NCBI GenBank assembly: GCA_038087875.1
Contig: JAXLNO010000539.1
Location: forward strand, 62,001-126,000
Length of the DNA stretch: 64,000 nt
Origin: Malacoraja senta
Lineage: Eukaryota
Reading direction: 5' to 3'
Shown: in pieces, positions 1 to 10,600 of the stretch
Position numbering within the stretch: position 1 is the stretch's first letter
Layout of the letters: every line of letters starts with the position of its first letter
Made by a program: the position numbers and the translations under genes
Notes under the pieces: model-generated
What the model was told of the DNA's origin: nothing
What the model saw: only the letters and a program-made list of their open reading frames with translations
Database searches by the model: none

Positions 1-29
1 AGAGGGGGGGGGGGGGGGGGGGGGGGGGG

Positions 30-1340
30 CTTTCCTCTTGTAGCTGGTGATTTCTTGCAAACCCTTCCAAACTGAAGAAGTCACTTGCTGAGAACTTCTC
101 AGAGTACCTTTCCTTGGCAGCTCCGATTCCTCTTCTCAGCTGGTACTTTGCCTGCCTGTAGAGGTCTGCGTCCCTGCTCCTGTAGGCCTTCTCTTTAGAC
201 TGGCGGAGCTGTCTGAGTTCTGCTGTAAAGCTGACATATGATGATACAGTGTCTGTATACTCATCGAGGCTTGTGGTTGCTTCCCTGTACACATTCCACT
301 CGGTGCAGTCAAAGCAGGACTGTAGGTTTTCAATGCCCTCGCTTGTCCACCTTTTTGTTGTTCTGACCACTGGCTTAGCAGTTTAGTTTCTGCCTGCAGG
401 TCGGAATAAGGTGAACTAAACAATAATCAGAGACCCAGAGCCGCCCGGGGAACAGAGCGATATGCGTTCTTGATTGAAGTGTAACAGTGGTCAAGTGTTC
501 TCTCCCCTCTGATGGGGCAGGTAACATAAAGTCTGTACTTCGGAAGGTCTCGGCTGTGGTAAGCTTTGTTAAAGTCCCCCAAAACAATGACCATGGAGTC
601 CGGAAAGTCACTCTCTACCCTCATTACCTGGTCAACGAGTTGCGTTTGTGCCTCACGTACGGACAGGGGGGGGTATGTAAACTCCAGCGAGAATAAAAGA
701 GTTAAATTCCCTCGGAGAGTAGAAGGGTTTGCAGTTTATAAAGGATTCTAGGTTGGGAGAGCAGAAGTTTGACATTACCGTGATGTCACTGCACCAGTCC
801 TGGATGGTACAGAAGCATATCCCACCGCCTCTTGATTTCACCGCTGCCTCCACTTCGCGGTCTGCTCTGTGATGTTGGAAGCCAGCCAGTTGCAGCGCGC
901 TGTCCGGGGTCGACTCACACAGCCAGGTCTCGGTGAAACGCAAGGCAGCAGCTTGAGAAAAATCCTTGTTTGTCCAGCGCAGGAGTTGCAGTTCGTCCAC
1001 TTTGTTATTGAGAGAACGTACGTTTGCCAGGAATATGCTTGGGAGTGGTGTGCGTGATCCTCGTTGCCGGAGTCGAGTGAGTGCTCCAGAACGCTTCTCA
1101 CGGGTCCTCCTCCATCTCAAGACCTTGTACGCAGCCACAGCCCCGCTGACGAGTATGTCCAAGTAATCCAGCGAGTGAGGGAAATCCGGAACGATGTTTG
1201 GAGGTACCGTATGTCCGATGTTAATGAGTACCTCTCTCCTGAAAGTGATCTTTGTAGGGTTTTCACAGACGGCACAAACGAACAAGCACATACAAAACAG
1301 CAAGGAGCAGTACGCCGTGGCAGCCATCGTCAGCACCACA
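30..1340 (-). mobile_element. Rex1/Babar-like LINE, 5' part (APE endonuclease and linker), frameshifted
   Basis: Minus-strand frames give RQRGSRTPLPSIFLANVRSLNNKVDEL, FTETWL, SRGGGICF, VYIPP, LGDFN, TLDHCY and [20 protein letters not shown], typical of Rex1/Babar ORF N-termini; split over several frames. Confidence 0.8.
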
Positions 1341-2399
1341 CTGTGCCTTCCCCTTTGCTCTATCTATTGAACTGATTGTATCTTTGTATGGCATATCTGA
1401 TCTGTTTGGAATGCATGCAAAACAAAGCTTTTCACTGTACCTCAGTACATGTGACAATAATAAACCTAAACCTAAATCTAAAATCTCAAAACTGACGAAC
1501 TGAAGTAAAAAACAATTGTTTCACGAATGTCATTGAGGGGAGGAAAGCAGCTTGGCCCATTTGCAACTTCAAAGCCAGAGTAATGTTTCTTGGGAGTTAT
1601 ATGTACTCATTCCAGAGCTCCACACAACACCAGTTGAAATTTATAAGGCAGCTGATTTCCATCTACAGCTTAAAAGAATTACCAGAAGTATTGAAAACAC
1701 AGAATGCACTGGGGACTTCAATGCCATGAACAAAGTGCGGCTGAAGCAGCGTTTTGCCAGACTAGGTGTTCTGCAAGTGGCGAGAGCATAAATACACGAG
1801 GTTACACTACTTGGTATTGTTCTCATCAATCTACCTGCAGCAAATGCATCCGTCCGTGAAAGCAGTGATAAGAACACAGCACTAAGCAGACAAAGTGGCT
1901 CCTTTATATCAAAGGCACCTTCTATTGTGCTGCATGGCACCACTACCCAGGGCAGATCTTAGAGTCAGAGTGTTACAGCATGGAACCAGGCTCTTCGGCC
2001 CAACTCGCTCATGCTGACCAAGTTGCCTGCCTGAGCATTGCCTGCATTTCACCCATACTGCTCCAAATCTTTACTATCCACGTACCTCTCCAGTTGTTCT
2101 TTAAACACTGTCTCTACCACTAACCCTACCAGCTAGTTCCATGTGCCCACTTGTGAAAAACTTTCCACTTCGGAGACCCTTGACCGTAAACCTCCATTAG
2201 CTTCAGGTGAACAGGTAATTTCATTGCACCTTACTGTATATGACAATAAATTATTTTGATTAAAAAAAAATACAGCATGGAAACTGGCACACGTGTGATA
2301 TATATATATATATCACACGCACACACAATACTCACTTGATGTATTTTTCTTATACGATTTCCGATTTGTAAAAACATACAATACTGCAAAAAAACAATG

Positions 2400-3130
2400 C
2401 ACCCAGGTTTATGTAATTCTGAGCTTATTTGGAGGTTGTGGTGTTTAATAGCCTGATGGTTATTGGGAAGAAGCTGCTTCTGAACCTGGACATTATAGTT
2501 TTCAGGCTCCTATACCTTCTTGCCAATGCCAGGAGTGAAATGAGATGGTAACCAGGGTGGGTGGTGTGGATCTCTGATGATGCTAGCTCTCCATTTGAGG
2601 CAACGACTCCTGCAGATCCCTTCGATGGTGGGGAGGTCAGTACTCGTGATGGATTGGGTAGTGTTCACCGGTTTTAGCAATCTTCTTCATACCTGCAGGT
2701 TTGAGTTCCTGACCTAGGCCGTGATGCACAGTATGTTCTCCACTGTTCACCTATAGACGTTCAAGAGAGTGTTCATTGACATTCCAAATCTCCTCAATCT
2801 TCAAAGGAAGTAGAAGTGTTGATAGGCTTTCTTTACAGGATTCCAAGACAGATCTTCAGAGATGTGCACGCCCAGGAACCTGAAATTGTTTACTCTCTCC
2901 AACATGGACCCATTGATGAAGATAGGTTTGTGGATCCTCGACCTTCCTCTTCCAAAGTCAACAGTTCCTTAGTTTTACTGATGTTGAGAGCAACGTTGCT
3001 GTTCTAGAAACGTTTTTTAACCACACTGGCGTCGGCGAATTTAAAGATGGAATTGGAACTGTGTCCGGCCACACAGTCAAGAGTATGGAGTGAGCAGAGC
3101 AGGGGCTGAGCACACAGCCTTGACGTACCT
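2400..3130 (-). mobile_element. Degenerate Rex1/Babar-like LINE 3' fragment (RT C-terminus and 3'UTR)
   Basis: Reverse complement gives SIFKFAD near 3030-3055; the 3' motif agcctgatggttattgggaagaagctg recurs at ~55450. Confidence 0.65.
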
Positions 3131-3269
3131 TCAGAATGAAGATGAGGAGGAATTACTTGAGCCAGAGGGTGGTGAAGCTGTTAAATACAGTGCCACAAAC
3201 AGCTGTACCGGCCATATACATCACACACATACATATACACATGCACACACACACATATACATACAATCA

Positions 3270-3735
3270 GGATACATCACAGCTTGGTTTGGGGAACAGC
3301 TCCATCTAGGACTGCCAGAAATTGCAGCAAATTGTGGACGCAGCCCAGGCCATCATAAAAACCAACCTCCCTTCTATTGACTCCATTTATACCATACGCT
3401 GTCATGGCAAGGCCAGCAGCATAATCAAGGACGAGTAGCACCCAGGCCACTTTCTCCTCCCCTCTCCCATCAGGCAAAAGGTATAGAAGTGTAAAAACAC
3501 ACACCTCCAGATTCAGGGACCGTTTTCCCCCCAACTGTTATCAGGCAACTGAACCATCCTACCACAACCAGAGAGCAGTGCTGAACTACTACCTCTTTGA
3601 TGACCCCTGGACTATCCTTGATCAGACGTTGCTGGCTTTACCTTGCTCTAAACGTTATTCCCTTATCATGTATCTAGCACGTGCAACAAAAAGTTTTTCA
3701 CTGTATCTCAGTACATGTGACAGTAAATTAAACTG
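3270..3735 (+). mobile_element. Rex1-like LINE 3' end
   Basis: ctctcccatcaggcaaaaggtatagaagt...aactgaac tail, nearly repeated at 51285-51655. Confidence 0.6.
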
Positions 3736-3737
3736 AA

Positions 3738-4770
3738 TACACACGCACATACATATATATATATATACACGCACACATAATCACACCTGCACACACATCA
3801 ATCTCGCTCACACACACATCAATCTCGCTCACACACACATCAATCTCGCTCACACACACATCAATTTCACACACATACATCTCACACACACATCAATCTC
3901 ACCCACACAATTCAATCTCACACACATACATCACACTCGCATATACACACACATCAATCTCACACACACCCCTCACACACACATACATAACACTCACACA
4001 AATGAATCTCACACACACATACATCACTCACATACATCACACACACACAAATCAATCTCACACACACAAATCAATCTCACAAACACCACTCACACATACA
4101 TAACACACACACAAATGAATCTCATACACACATACATCACTCACATACATCACACACACACAAATCAATCTCACACACATACATCACACACACACAAATC
4201 AATCTCACACACATACATCACACACACACAAATCAATCTCACACACCACTCACACACACATACATAACACTCACACAAATGAATCTCACACACACATACA
4301 TCACTCACATACATCACACAAATTAATCTCACACACAAATCAATCTCATACACACGCACATCACACTCGCACATACACACACATCAATGTCACACACATC
4401 AATCTCTCACACACACACATAACACTCACACACAAATGAATCTCACACACACATACATCACATACACACAAATCAATCTCACAAACACATACATCACACA
4501 CACACAAATCAATCTCACACACATAACACTCACACACAAATGAATCTCACACACACAAATCAATCTCACACACACAAATCAATCTCACACATATACAACA
4601 CAGACATCACACTCGAACACACACAAATCAATCTCACGCACACATACATCACACATACACATCCATCATACTCACATCAATCTCACACATTCTTCAATCT
4701 CTCAAACACACATACATCACACTCATTCACACCACACACACTCTCACACACACATACATACACAACTCAC
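3738..4770. repeat. CA-rich compound mini/microsatellite
   Basis: About 1 kb of (ca)n interleaved with tcaatctca, aaatgaatctca and tacatca units. Confidence 0.95.
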
Positions 4771-4899
4771 AATAACAGTGCATATTAACAAAACCTACGC
4801 CTCCAAGCCTATGTAGTTGGGAGGTTAATATTTGGAGGTAGTAGTGATGGCAGTGGGGAAGTCGCTGCTCCTCAACCTGCATCCTTGACGTTAGTTTTC

Positions 4900-5340
4900 A
4901 GGCCGCTTTCCCTGAAACTGACTCGCCGGCCGGGCGACCGTCCCCGTCTTCGTTGCAGATCGATTTAATTGCATCAAACAATCGATGAATAGATGAATAG
5001 ATAACCGAAGTGTACTCACGTGGTAGAACATTGCTCGCTCGGTCGGTCGGTCGGCTGTGTGAAGATGGACGCCGGTTTAACGAACTCGCCGCGCGCCTCG
5101 TCCCGGCCTGCGCGATGACGCAGGGCCTGTCGACGTCAGCGTCAGCGTGGTGACGGAGAGCCCGCCCTCTGCCGCGCGAGCCGAGTCCGTTGACGTTCCC
5201 GCCCATTTTCTGGCGGGCTTTCTCCCTCCTCCTCCTCCTCCTCCTCCTCCACCGCCGCCATCTTCTCTTTCATCCCCACACGCTTCGACAGCTCGACGCC
5301 CCGGAGACTCCCGTCGGACAGCCAAGAGTTTAGAGATCAC
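4900..5340 (-). promoter_or_regulatory. CpG-island promoter and 5'UTR of the POLR2G-like gene
   Basis: High CpG density; five TGACG/CGTCA half-sites between 5115 and 5196; E2F-like TTCCCGCC (5196-5203) and TGGCGGG (5211-5217); YY1-like GCCGCCATCTT (5254-5264); (cct)n tract. Confidence 0.8.
5020..5031 (-). CDS. POLR2G: RNA polymerase II subunit RPB7, coding exon 1 (MFYH); later exons lie outside the window
   Basis: Minus strand reads gca ATG TTC TAC CAC|GTGAGTA, a perfect donor inside a CpG island. Vertebrate RPB7 begins MFYHISLEHE with an intron after MFYH, and human POLR2G is near AHNAK on 11q12.3. Only 4 codons are visible. Confidence 0.75.
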
Positions 5341-5561
5341 AGTACCACCATTAGCGCTGAGTGATGCTCTACCTTGAGCTCTTCAGCGCCCTACAGCAAG
5401 TCAAGTCAAGTGTATTTGTCACATACACATACGAGATGTTCAAGTGAGTTTATTGTCATGTGTCCCTGATAGGACAATGAAATTCTTGCTTTGCTTCAGC
5501 ACAACAGAACATAGTAGGCATTTACAACAAAACGGATCAGTGTGCCCATATACCATAATAG

Positions 5562-6148
5562 TTGTCCCTTCACCTCCCCCCTCGACTCCATTCAAGGACC
5601 CAAGCAGTCGTTCCAGGTGCGACAGAGGTTCACCTGCATCTCCTCCAACCTCATCTATTGCATCCGCTGCTCTAGGTGTCAGCTGATCTACATCGGTGAG
5701 ACCAAGCGGAGGCTAGGCGATCGTTTGGCCCGACACCTCCGCTCGGTCTGCAATAACCAACCTGATCTCCCGGTGGCTCAGCACTTCAACTCCCCCTCCC
5801 ATTCCGTATCCGACCTCTCTGTCCTGGGTCTCCTCCATGGCCACAGCGAGCAACACCGGAAATTGGAGGAAATGCACCTCATATTCCGCTTGGGGAGTCT
5901 GCATCCTGGGGGCATGAACATTGAATTCTCCCAATTTTGCTAGCCCTTGCTGTCCCCTCCCCTTCGTCAGCCCTCTGGTTGTCTCCTCCCACCCCCCAGC
6001 CCTCGGGCTCCTCCTCCGCCTTTTTCCTTTCTTCTCCCCACCCGCCATCAGTCTGAAGAAGGGTTTCGGCCCGAAACGTTGCCTATTTCCTTCGCTCCAT
6101 AGATGCTGCTGCACCCGCTGAGTTTCTCCAGCAATTTTGTGTACCTTC
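5562..6148 (+). mobile_element. Penelope-like element 3' part: GIY-YIG endonuclease plus hammerhead-like motif
   Basis: ORF 5542-5943 contains SSNLIYCIRCSRCQLIYIGETKRRL...HFN...LEE..LIFRLGSLHPGGMN; CTGAAGAAGGGTTTCGGCCCGAAACGTT at 6053-6080. Confidence 0.9.
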
Positions 6149-6149
6149 A

Positions 6150-7730
6150 TCTACTGTATCCCTGTTCCAGGCGTGGACTCCTGTATATCGGCGAGACCAA
6201 GCGCACACTCGCCGATCGTTTCGCTGAACACCACTGCTCAGTCCACCTAAAGCTACCTGATCTCTCAGTTGCTAAACACTTCAACTCCCCCTCCTAATCC
6301 CAGTCTGGCCTGGGCCTCCTCCATTGTCAGAATGAGATCCAGCACAAATTGGAGGAACAGCACCTCATATTTCGCTTGAACAACGGTATGAACATTGAAT
6401 TCTCTAAGTAAGCCTTGCTTTCCCTCTCTCTCCATCCCTCGCCTTCCCAGTTCTCTGAACAGACTTACTGTCTCTGACTACATGTTTTAGGTATGTTACA
6501 ATACTTACCTTCAGCGGCGCTGCAATTCTACCAATGGCCGTGTGCGCGATTTTGGCGCCTTTAAGGGGGGGGGGGCGGGGTTAAAACGCAGGTTACTCCT
6601 ACCTTGTCCTGTATTATATTTCATTGGAGTACAAGCGTTTGCTGAAAAATCTTTCCTACGGGCGTTTTGTGTATTTTTTATTTTTATTAAATCGACAATG
6701 TCAGCGCTGGAGTTATTCGAAAGCCATCAACGCCGACAACGGGGACGGATTTCACACACGGGACAGGTAAACGAAAGTAGTTTATTTTTTTGTATAAAAG
6801 TGCTTCTTAAGAAGCCTTTAATTCATATTTTTTAATGCGAAACAGTGATTCTTTTCCCCGAACTAACGGCAGTTTTTCATGCCGATACGAGGTTAAATTC
6901 ACCGCAAATCAACGTTCCAATTGATCGCGTTCCAGAAAACCTCACTCGCAAGATGATTTAAATGCCCATTAATTTACAGGTATTAAACATTCAATTCCTT
7001 CCATTTGGCCTGTAAATCCATGACAATGAGATTTAAAAATTATGTTATATTGTGAATTCTTGTGTGAATGTTATTTGGACACAGGCTATTTAAAAATGTT
7101 AATCTATTCTTAAGAAATTGATAGATGTTTAAATCTAGTAATTGAATTTTGTAATTAGCTACAATTAGGTAACTAACTAATTATATGCTTTAATTTCATG
7201 TCATCTAAGTAAGATTATTTCATATTTGTTTCAGAATGCTTCAATCTATAATAACTGAAAATTTCTTTCAGTTCTCTTAATTTTTAAGAAAGTTATGGGC
7301 TTTTGACTGTCCTCGATCACAGCTTTTGTGTTAAGTCAATGGAAAAGCAATAGGGAACAAAATGCTAATTTCCGAGTATGAAAATGGCCATAACGTTTTT
7401 AATACTAAAGATATGAAAGTGAATTAGGTGTCAAGTTAAACTTATTTTTATGCTTTATCTGATGGGATAAATTGCAGACTTTATTTTTTAAATCTCAAAA
7501 TTTTATAACATTGCTACATGTTTTCTCTGTTGTTACCTCTTCCAGCTAACAATGATCTATCTATTCTACATTTTCCTTGATCTCCATTCCCTTTGTCCTA
7601 TTTTCATACCTTACACCTCCTTATCTATGTGACAACAGTCTGAAGAAGGGTCTCAATCCAATACGTCATTCATTCCTTCTCAGAGATGCTGCCTGTCCTG
7701 CTGAGTTACTCCAGCATTTTGTGTCTACAC
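6150..7730 (+). mobile_element. Second tandem Penelope-like fragment, split by a DNA transposon
   Basis: LLYIGETKRTLADRFAEH...HFNSPS; sequence resumes after 7516 with a degenerate ctgaagaagggtctc motif at ~7640. Confidence 0.8.
6488..7516. mobile_element. Non-autonomous DNA transposon (hAT-like or unclassified), 1029 bp
   Basis: Termini TAGGTATGTTACAA and TTATAACATTGCTA form an imperfect TIR; CATGTTT is duplicated at 6481-6487 and 7517-7523. Confidence 0.75.
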
Positions 7731-7844
7731 ACAAATGTTCATATATATTATATATATACACACACATATTTTTCCAACGACATGTAACCCTTGCATCCCC
7801 TCTCCATCCCCTCCCTCCCACACACACACACACACACACACACA

Positions 7845-8017
7845 GAGCCATTTAACCTACAAACCTGTACGTCTTTGTAGTGTGGGAGGAAAACGAAGAT
7901 CCCGGAGAAAACCCACGCGGTCACAGGGAGAACGTGCAAACTCTGTTTAGACACCACCCATCGTCAGGATCGATCCTGGTTCTCTGGCGCTGTGAGGCAG
8001 CAGCACTACCGTGCCAC
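7845..8017 (-). mobile_element. tRNA-derived V-SINE (HE1-like), partial
   Basis: Reverse complement of the SINE head and V-domain seen at 19387-19680. Confidence 0.8.
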
Positions 8018-8165
8018 CCTCATTCAAGTCAGCCAAGCATTCTTCCTGGCAAAAGAAGGTGCCGTATTTCCCGACGTAGAAGATGCTATTTTTTACCCTA
8101 AAATAAGGCCCAAAAAATTACCTGCGTCTTGGAGGCCGAAGGTTAGGTTGTTCATAGGCCTATAG

Positions 8166-8262
8166 CAGGGGTGTCAAACTCATTTTAGGTCACGGGCAAA
8201 ATGCGACTTCATGCCCGCTCTGGCATCGGGGAAATAATTCCGCGGGCCGGATCGGAGCCCTT
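8166..8262 (+). mobile_element. hAT-Charlie-like MITE left end
   Basis: Starts CAGGGGTGTCAAACTC and contains gcgggccggat; no right end found. Confidence 0.5.
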
Positions 8263-9149
8263 CAAAATAACCTAACGGGGATCTTATCAAATGTCCTTAT
8301 AGACCTCACTCTCTGGTCTGCCATGATCAATCCTCTTGGTTATCTCTTCAAAAAACTCTTAGCAGATTTGTGAGGCACGATTTCACACACACAAAACTGT
8401 ATTGACTAACCCTAGACTAAATCAGTCTTTGCAAATGCTGAGGGATCCCATCACTTGGAATCAGCTCCAGTAACTTACCCATCACTGAGGTCAGACTCAC
8501 CAGCCTGTAGTTCCCTGGTTTCTCCTTGCTGCCCTTCTCAATAACAGTGCAATATTAGCCATCCTGCGTTCTTCATTAGTCAGGATGTTGAGTTTAGGGG
8601 TTGGTATGTTATGCTACAAATGTACAGGACGTAGATGAACCCACATTGAAATATTGTGTAGGAGCTCATCCATGTTATCTAGAGATGCTTCCTGGCCTGC
8701 TGTGTTACTCCAGCACTGGGTCCTTTTATGTTTTTTCAAGTTGTTGTTCAGATATTGTATAAATGTGGTGAGGGTTTCTGTCACAGAGAATCCCAAATCC
8801 CTACCAGTTGGTGAATGAAATAACTTCTTCTCAGCTTCCCTCTTGTACCAATTTAACTTAAATCTCTGCCTCATTTGCTGACATTCGACTAAGGGAAATT
8901 AATCCTTTCTATTCATCCTGTCTAGACCTCTTACAATTTTATACATTCAGTTAAATCTTTCCTCGGTCTCCTTTGCTCCAGCATAAACACTACCAGTGTG
9001 GCCAATCTGGCCTCATACCTATAGTTTTGCAGCTCTGGCAGCTTTCTCATCATACTTCTTTGCACCATTTCTCATTCCACAATGAATAGCCAGCAGATGT
9101 TCTGTGTGTTCCCTTTTAAAAAGTTATGTTGAATCTTTATCCATCTAAG

Positions 9150-9297
9150 AGAGCGAGATAGGGCTCTTAAAAATAGCGGAGTCAGGGGATATGGGGAGAA
9201 GGCAGGAACGGGGTACTGATTGTGGATGATCAGCCATGATCACATTGAATGGCTCGAAGGGTCAAATGGCCGGCTCCTGCACCTATTGTCTATTGTC
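9150..9297 (+). mobile_element. CR1-clade LINE 3' tail
   Basis: gtcaggggatatggggagaaggcagg...ctcctgcacctattgtctattgtc, shared with many copies in the window. Confidence 0.85.
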
Positions 9298-9607
9298 ATA
9301 TGGAATCCAAAATACCTCATTACAAGAAAGATGTAATGGCTTTGAGAGGGTGCAGTAAAGGCTTAGTAGAGTGGTTTACGTCTAGGAGAGACTTCAGTGA
9401 GTGGACTGGAGAAGTTGGGTTGTCTACCTTGGAATAGAGTAGGCTGAGAAGCAATTTGATGGAGGTGCCAAAATCATAAAAGATTGAGACAATTGAATAA
9501 AGAGAAATGTTTAGATTGGAGGAAAGATAAAACTGCAAAGGATTCAAATAATTGACAAAAGAGGTAGGTGAAAAAATGTTTCTGCAGCGAGCAGGCATTA
9601 CTTAGTT

Positions 9608-10600
9608 TAAGAAGGAACTGCAAATGCTGGAAAATCGAAGGTCAACAAAAATGCTGGAGAAACTCAGCGGGTGAGGCAGCATCTATGGAGCGAAGGAAAT
9701 AGGCGACGTTTCGGGTCAAGACCCTTCTTCGGACTGATGTGAGGGTGGGGGGGGGGGAAGAAAGGAAGAGGCGGAGACAGTGGGCTGAGGGAGAGCTGGG
9801 AAGGGGAGGAGAAAACGGGGACTACCTGATATTGAAGAAATCAATGTTCATACCACTGGGGTGTAAACTGCCCAAGTGAAATATGAGGTGCTGCTCCACA
9901 AATTTACGGTGGGCCTCACTCTGGCCATGGAGGAGGCCCAGGACAGAAAGTCGGATTCGGAATGGGAGGGGGAGTTGAAGTGTTGAGTCACCGGGAGAGT
10001 TTGGTTATTGCGAACCGAGCGGAGGTGTTGGGCGAAGCGATTGCCAAGCCTACGCTTGGTCTCACCGATGTAGAGCAGTTGACACCTAGAGCAGCGGATG
10101 CAATAGATGAGGTTGGAGGAGGTGCAAGTGAACCTCTGCCGCACCTGGAAAGACTGCTTGGGTCCTTGAATGGAGTCAAGGGGAGAGGTAAAGCAACAAG
10201 TGTACCATTTCCTGCGGTTGCAAAGGAAAGTGCTGGGGGAGGGGTGGTTTGGGTGGGAAGGGACGAATTGACCAGGGAGTTACGGAGGGAGCGGTCTCTG
10301 CGGAAAGCAGACCGGGGAGGAGATGGGAAGATGTGGCCAGTGGTGGGATCCCGTTGGAGGTGGCAAAAATGTCGGAGGATTATTTGTTGTATGTGACGGC
10401 CGGTAGGGTGGAAGGTGAGGACAAGGGGGACTCTTCCCTTGTTACGAATAGGGGGATGGGGAGTGAGTGCAGAGTTATGGGGTATAGAAGAGACCCGGGT
10501 GAGAGCCTCATCGATAATAAAAGAGGGGAACCCCCGTTCCCTGAAGAATGAGGACATCTCCGATGCCCTGGTTTGGAACACCTCATCCTGGGTGCAGATG
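9608..10600 (-). mobile_element. Penelope-like element 3' part (RT C-terminal linker and GIY-YIG)
   Basis: ORFs 9988-10617 (RVPLVLTFHP...SAFRRDRSLRNSLV) and 9848-10144 (LIYCIRCSRCQLLYIGETKRRL). Confidence 0.9.

Noticed and set aside
4..29. Long G homopolymer as a G-quadruplex element
   Set aside because: A simple run at the window edge next to a LINE; may be slippage or a sequencing artefact.
278..300. GMCTGK resembling RPB7 exon 2 (GTCTGK)
   Set aside because: It lies inside the Rex1-like LINE, and the surrounding residues and splice sites do not match RPB7.
5142..5261. 39-codon minus-strand ORF MAAVEEEEEEEEGESPPENG... with a good start context
   Set aside because: The ATG is part of the YY1-like motif and the Glu run is the (cct)n tract. 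It probably lies upstream of the TSS and would matter only if CAGE places the start above 5261.
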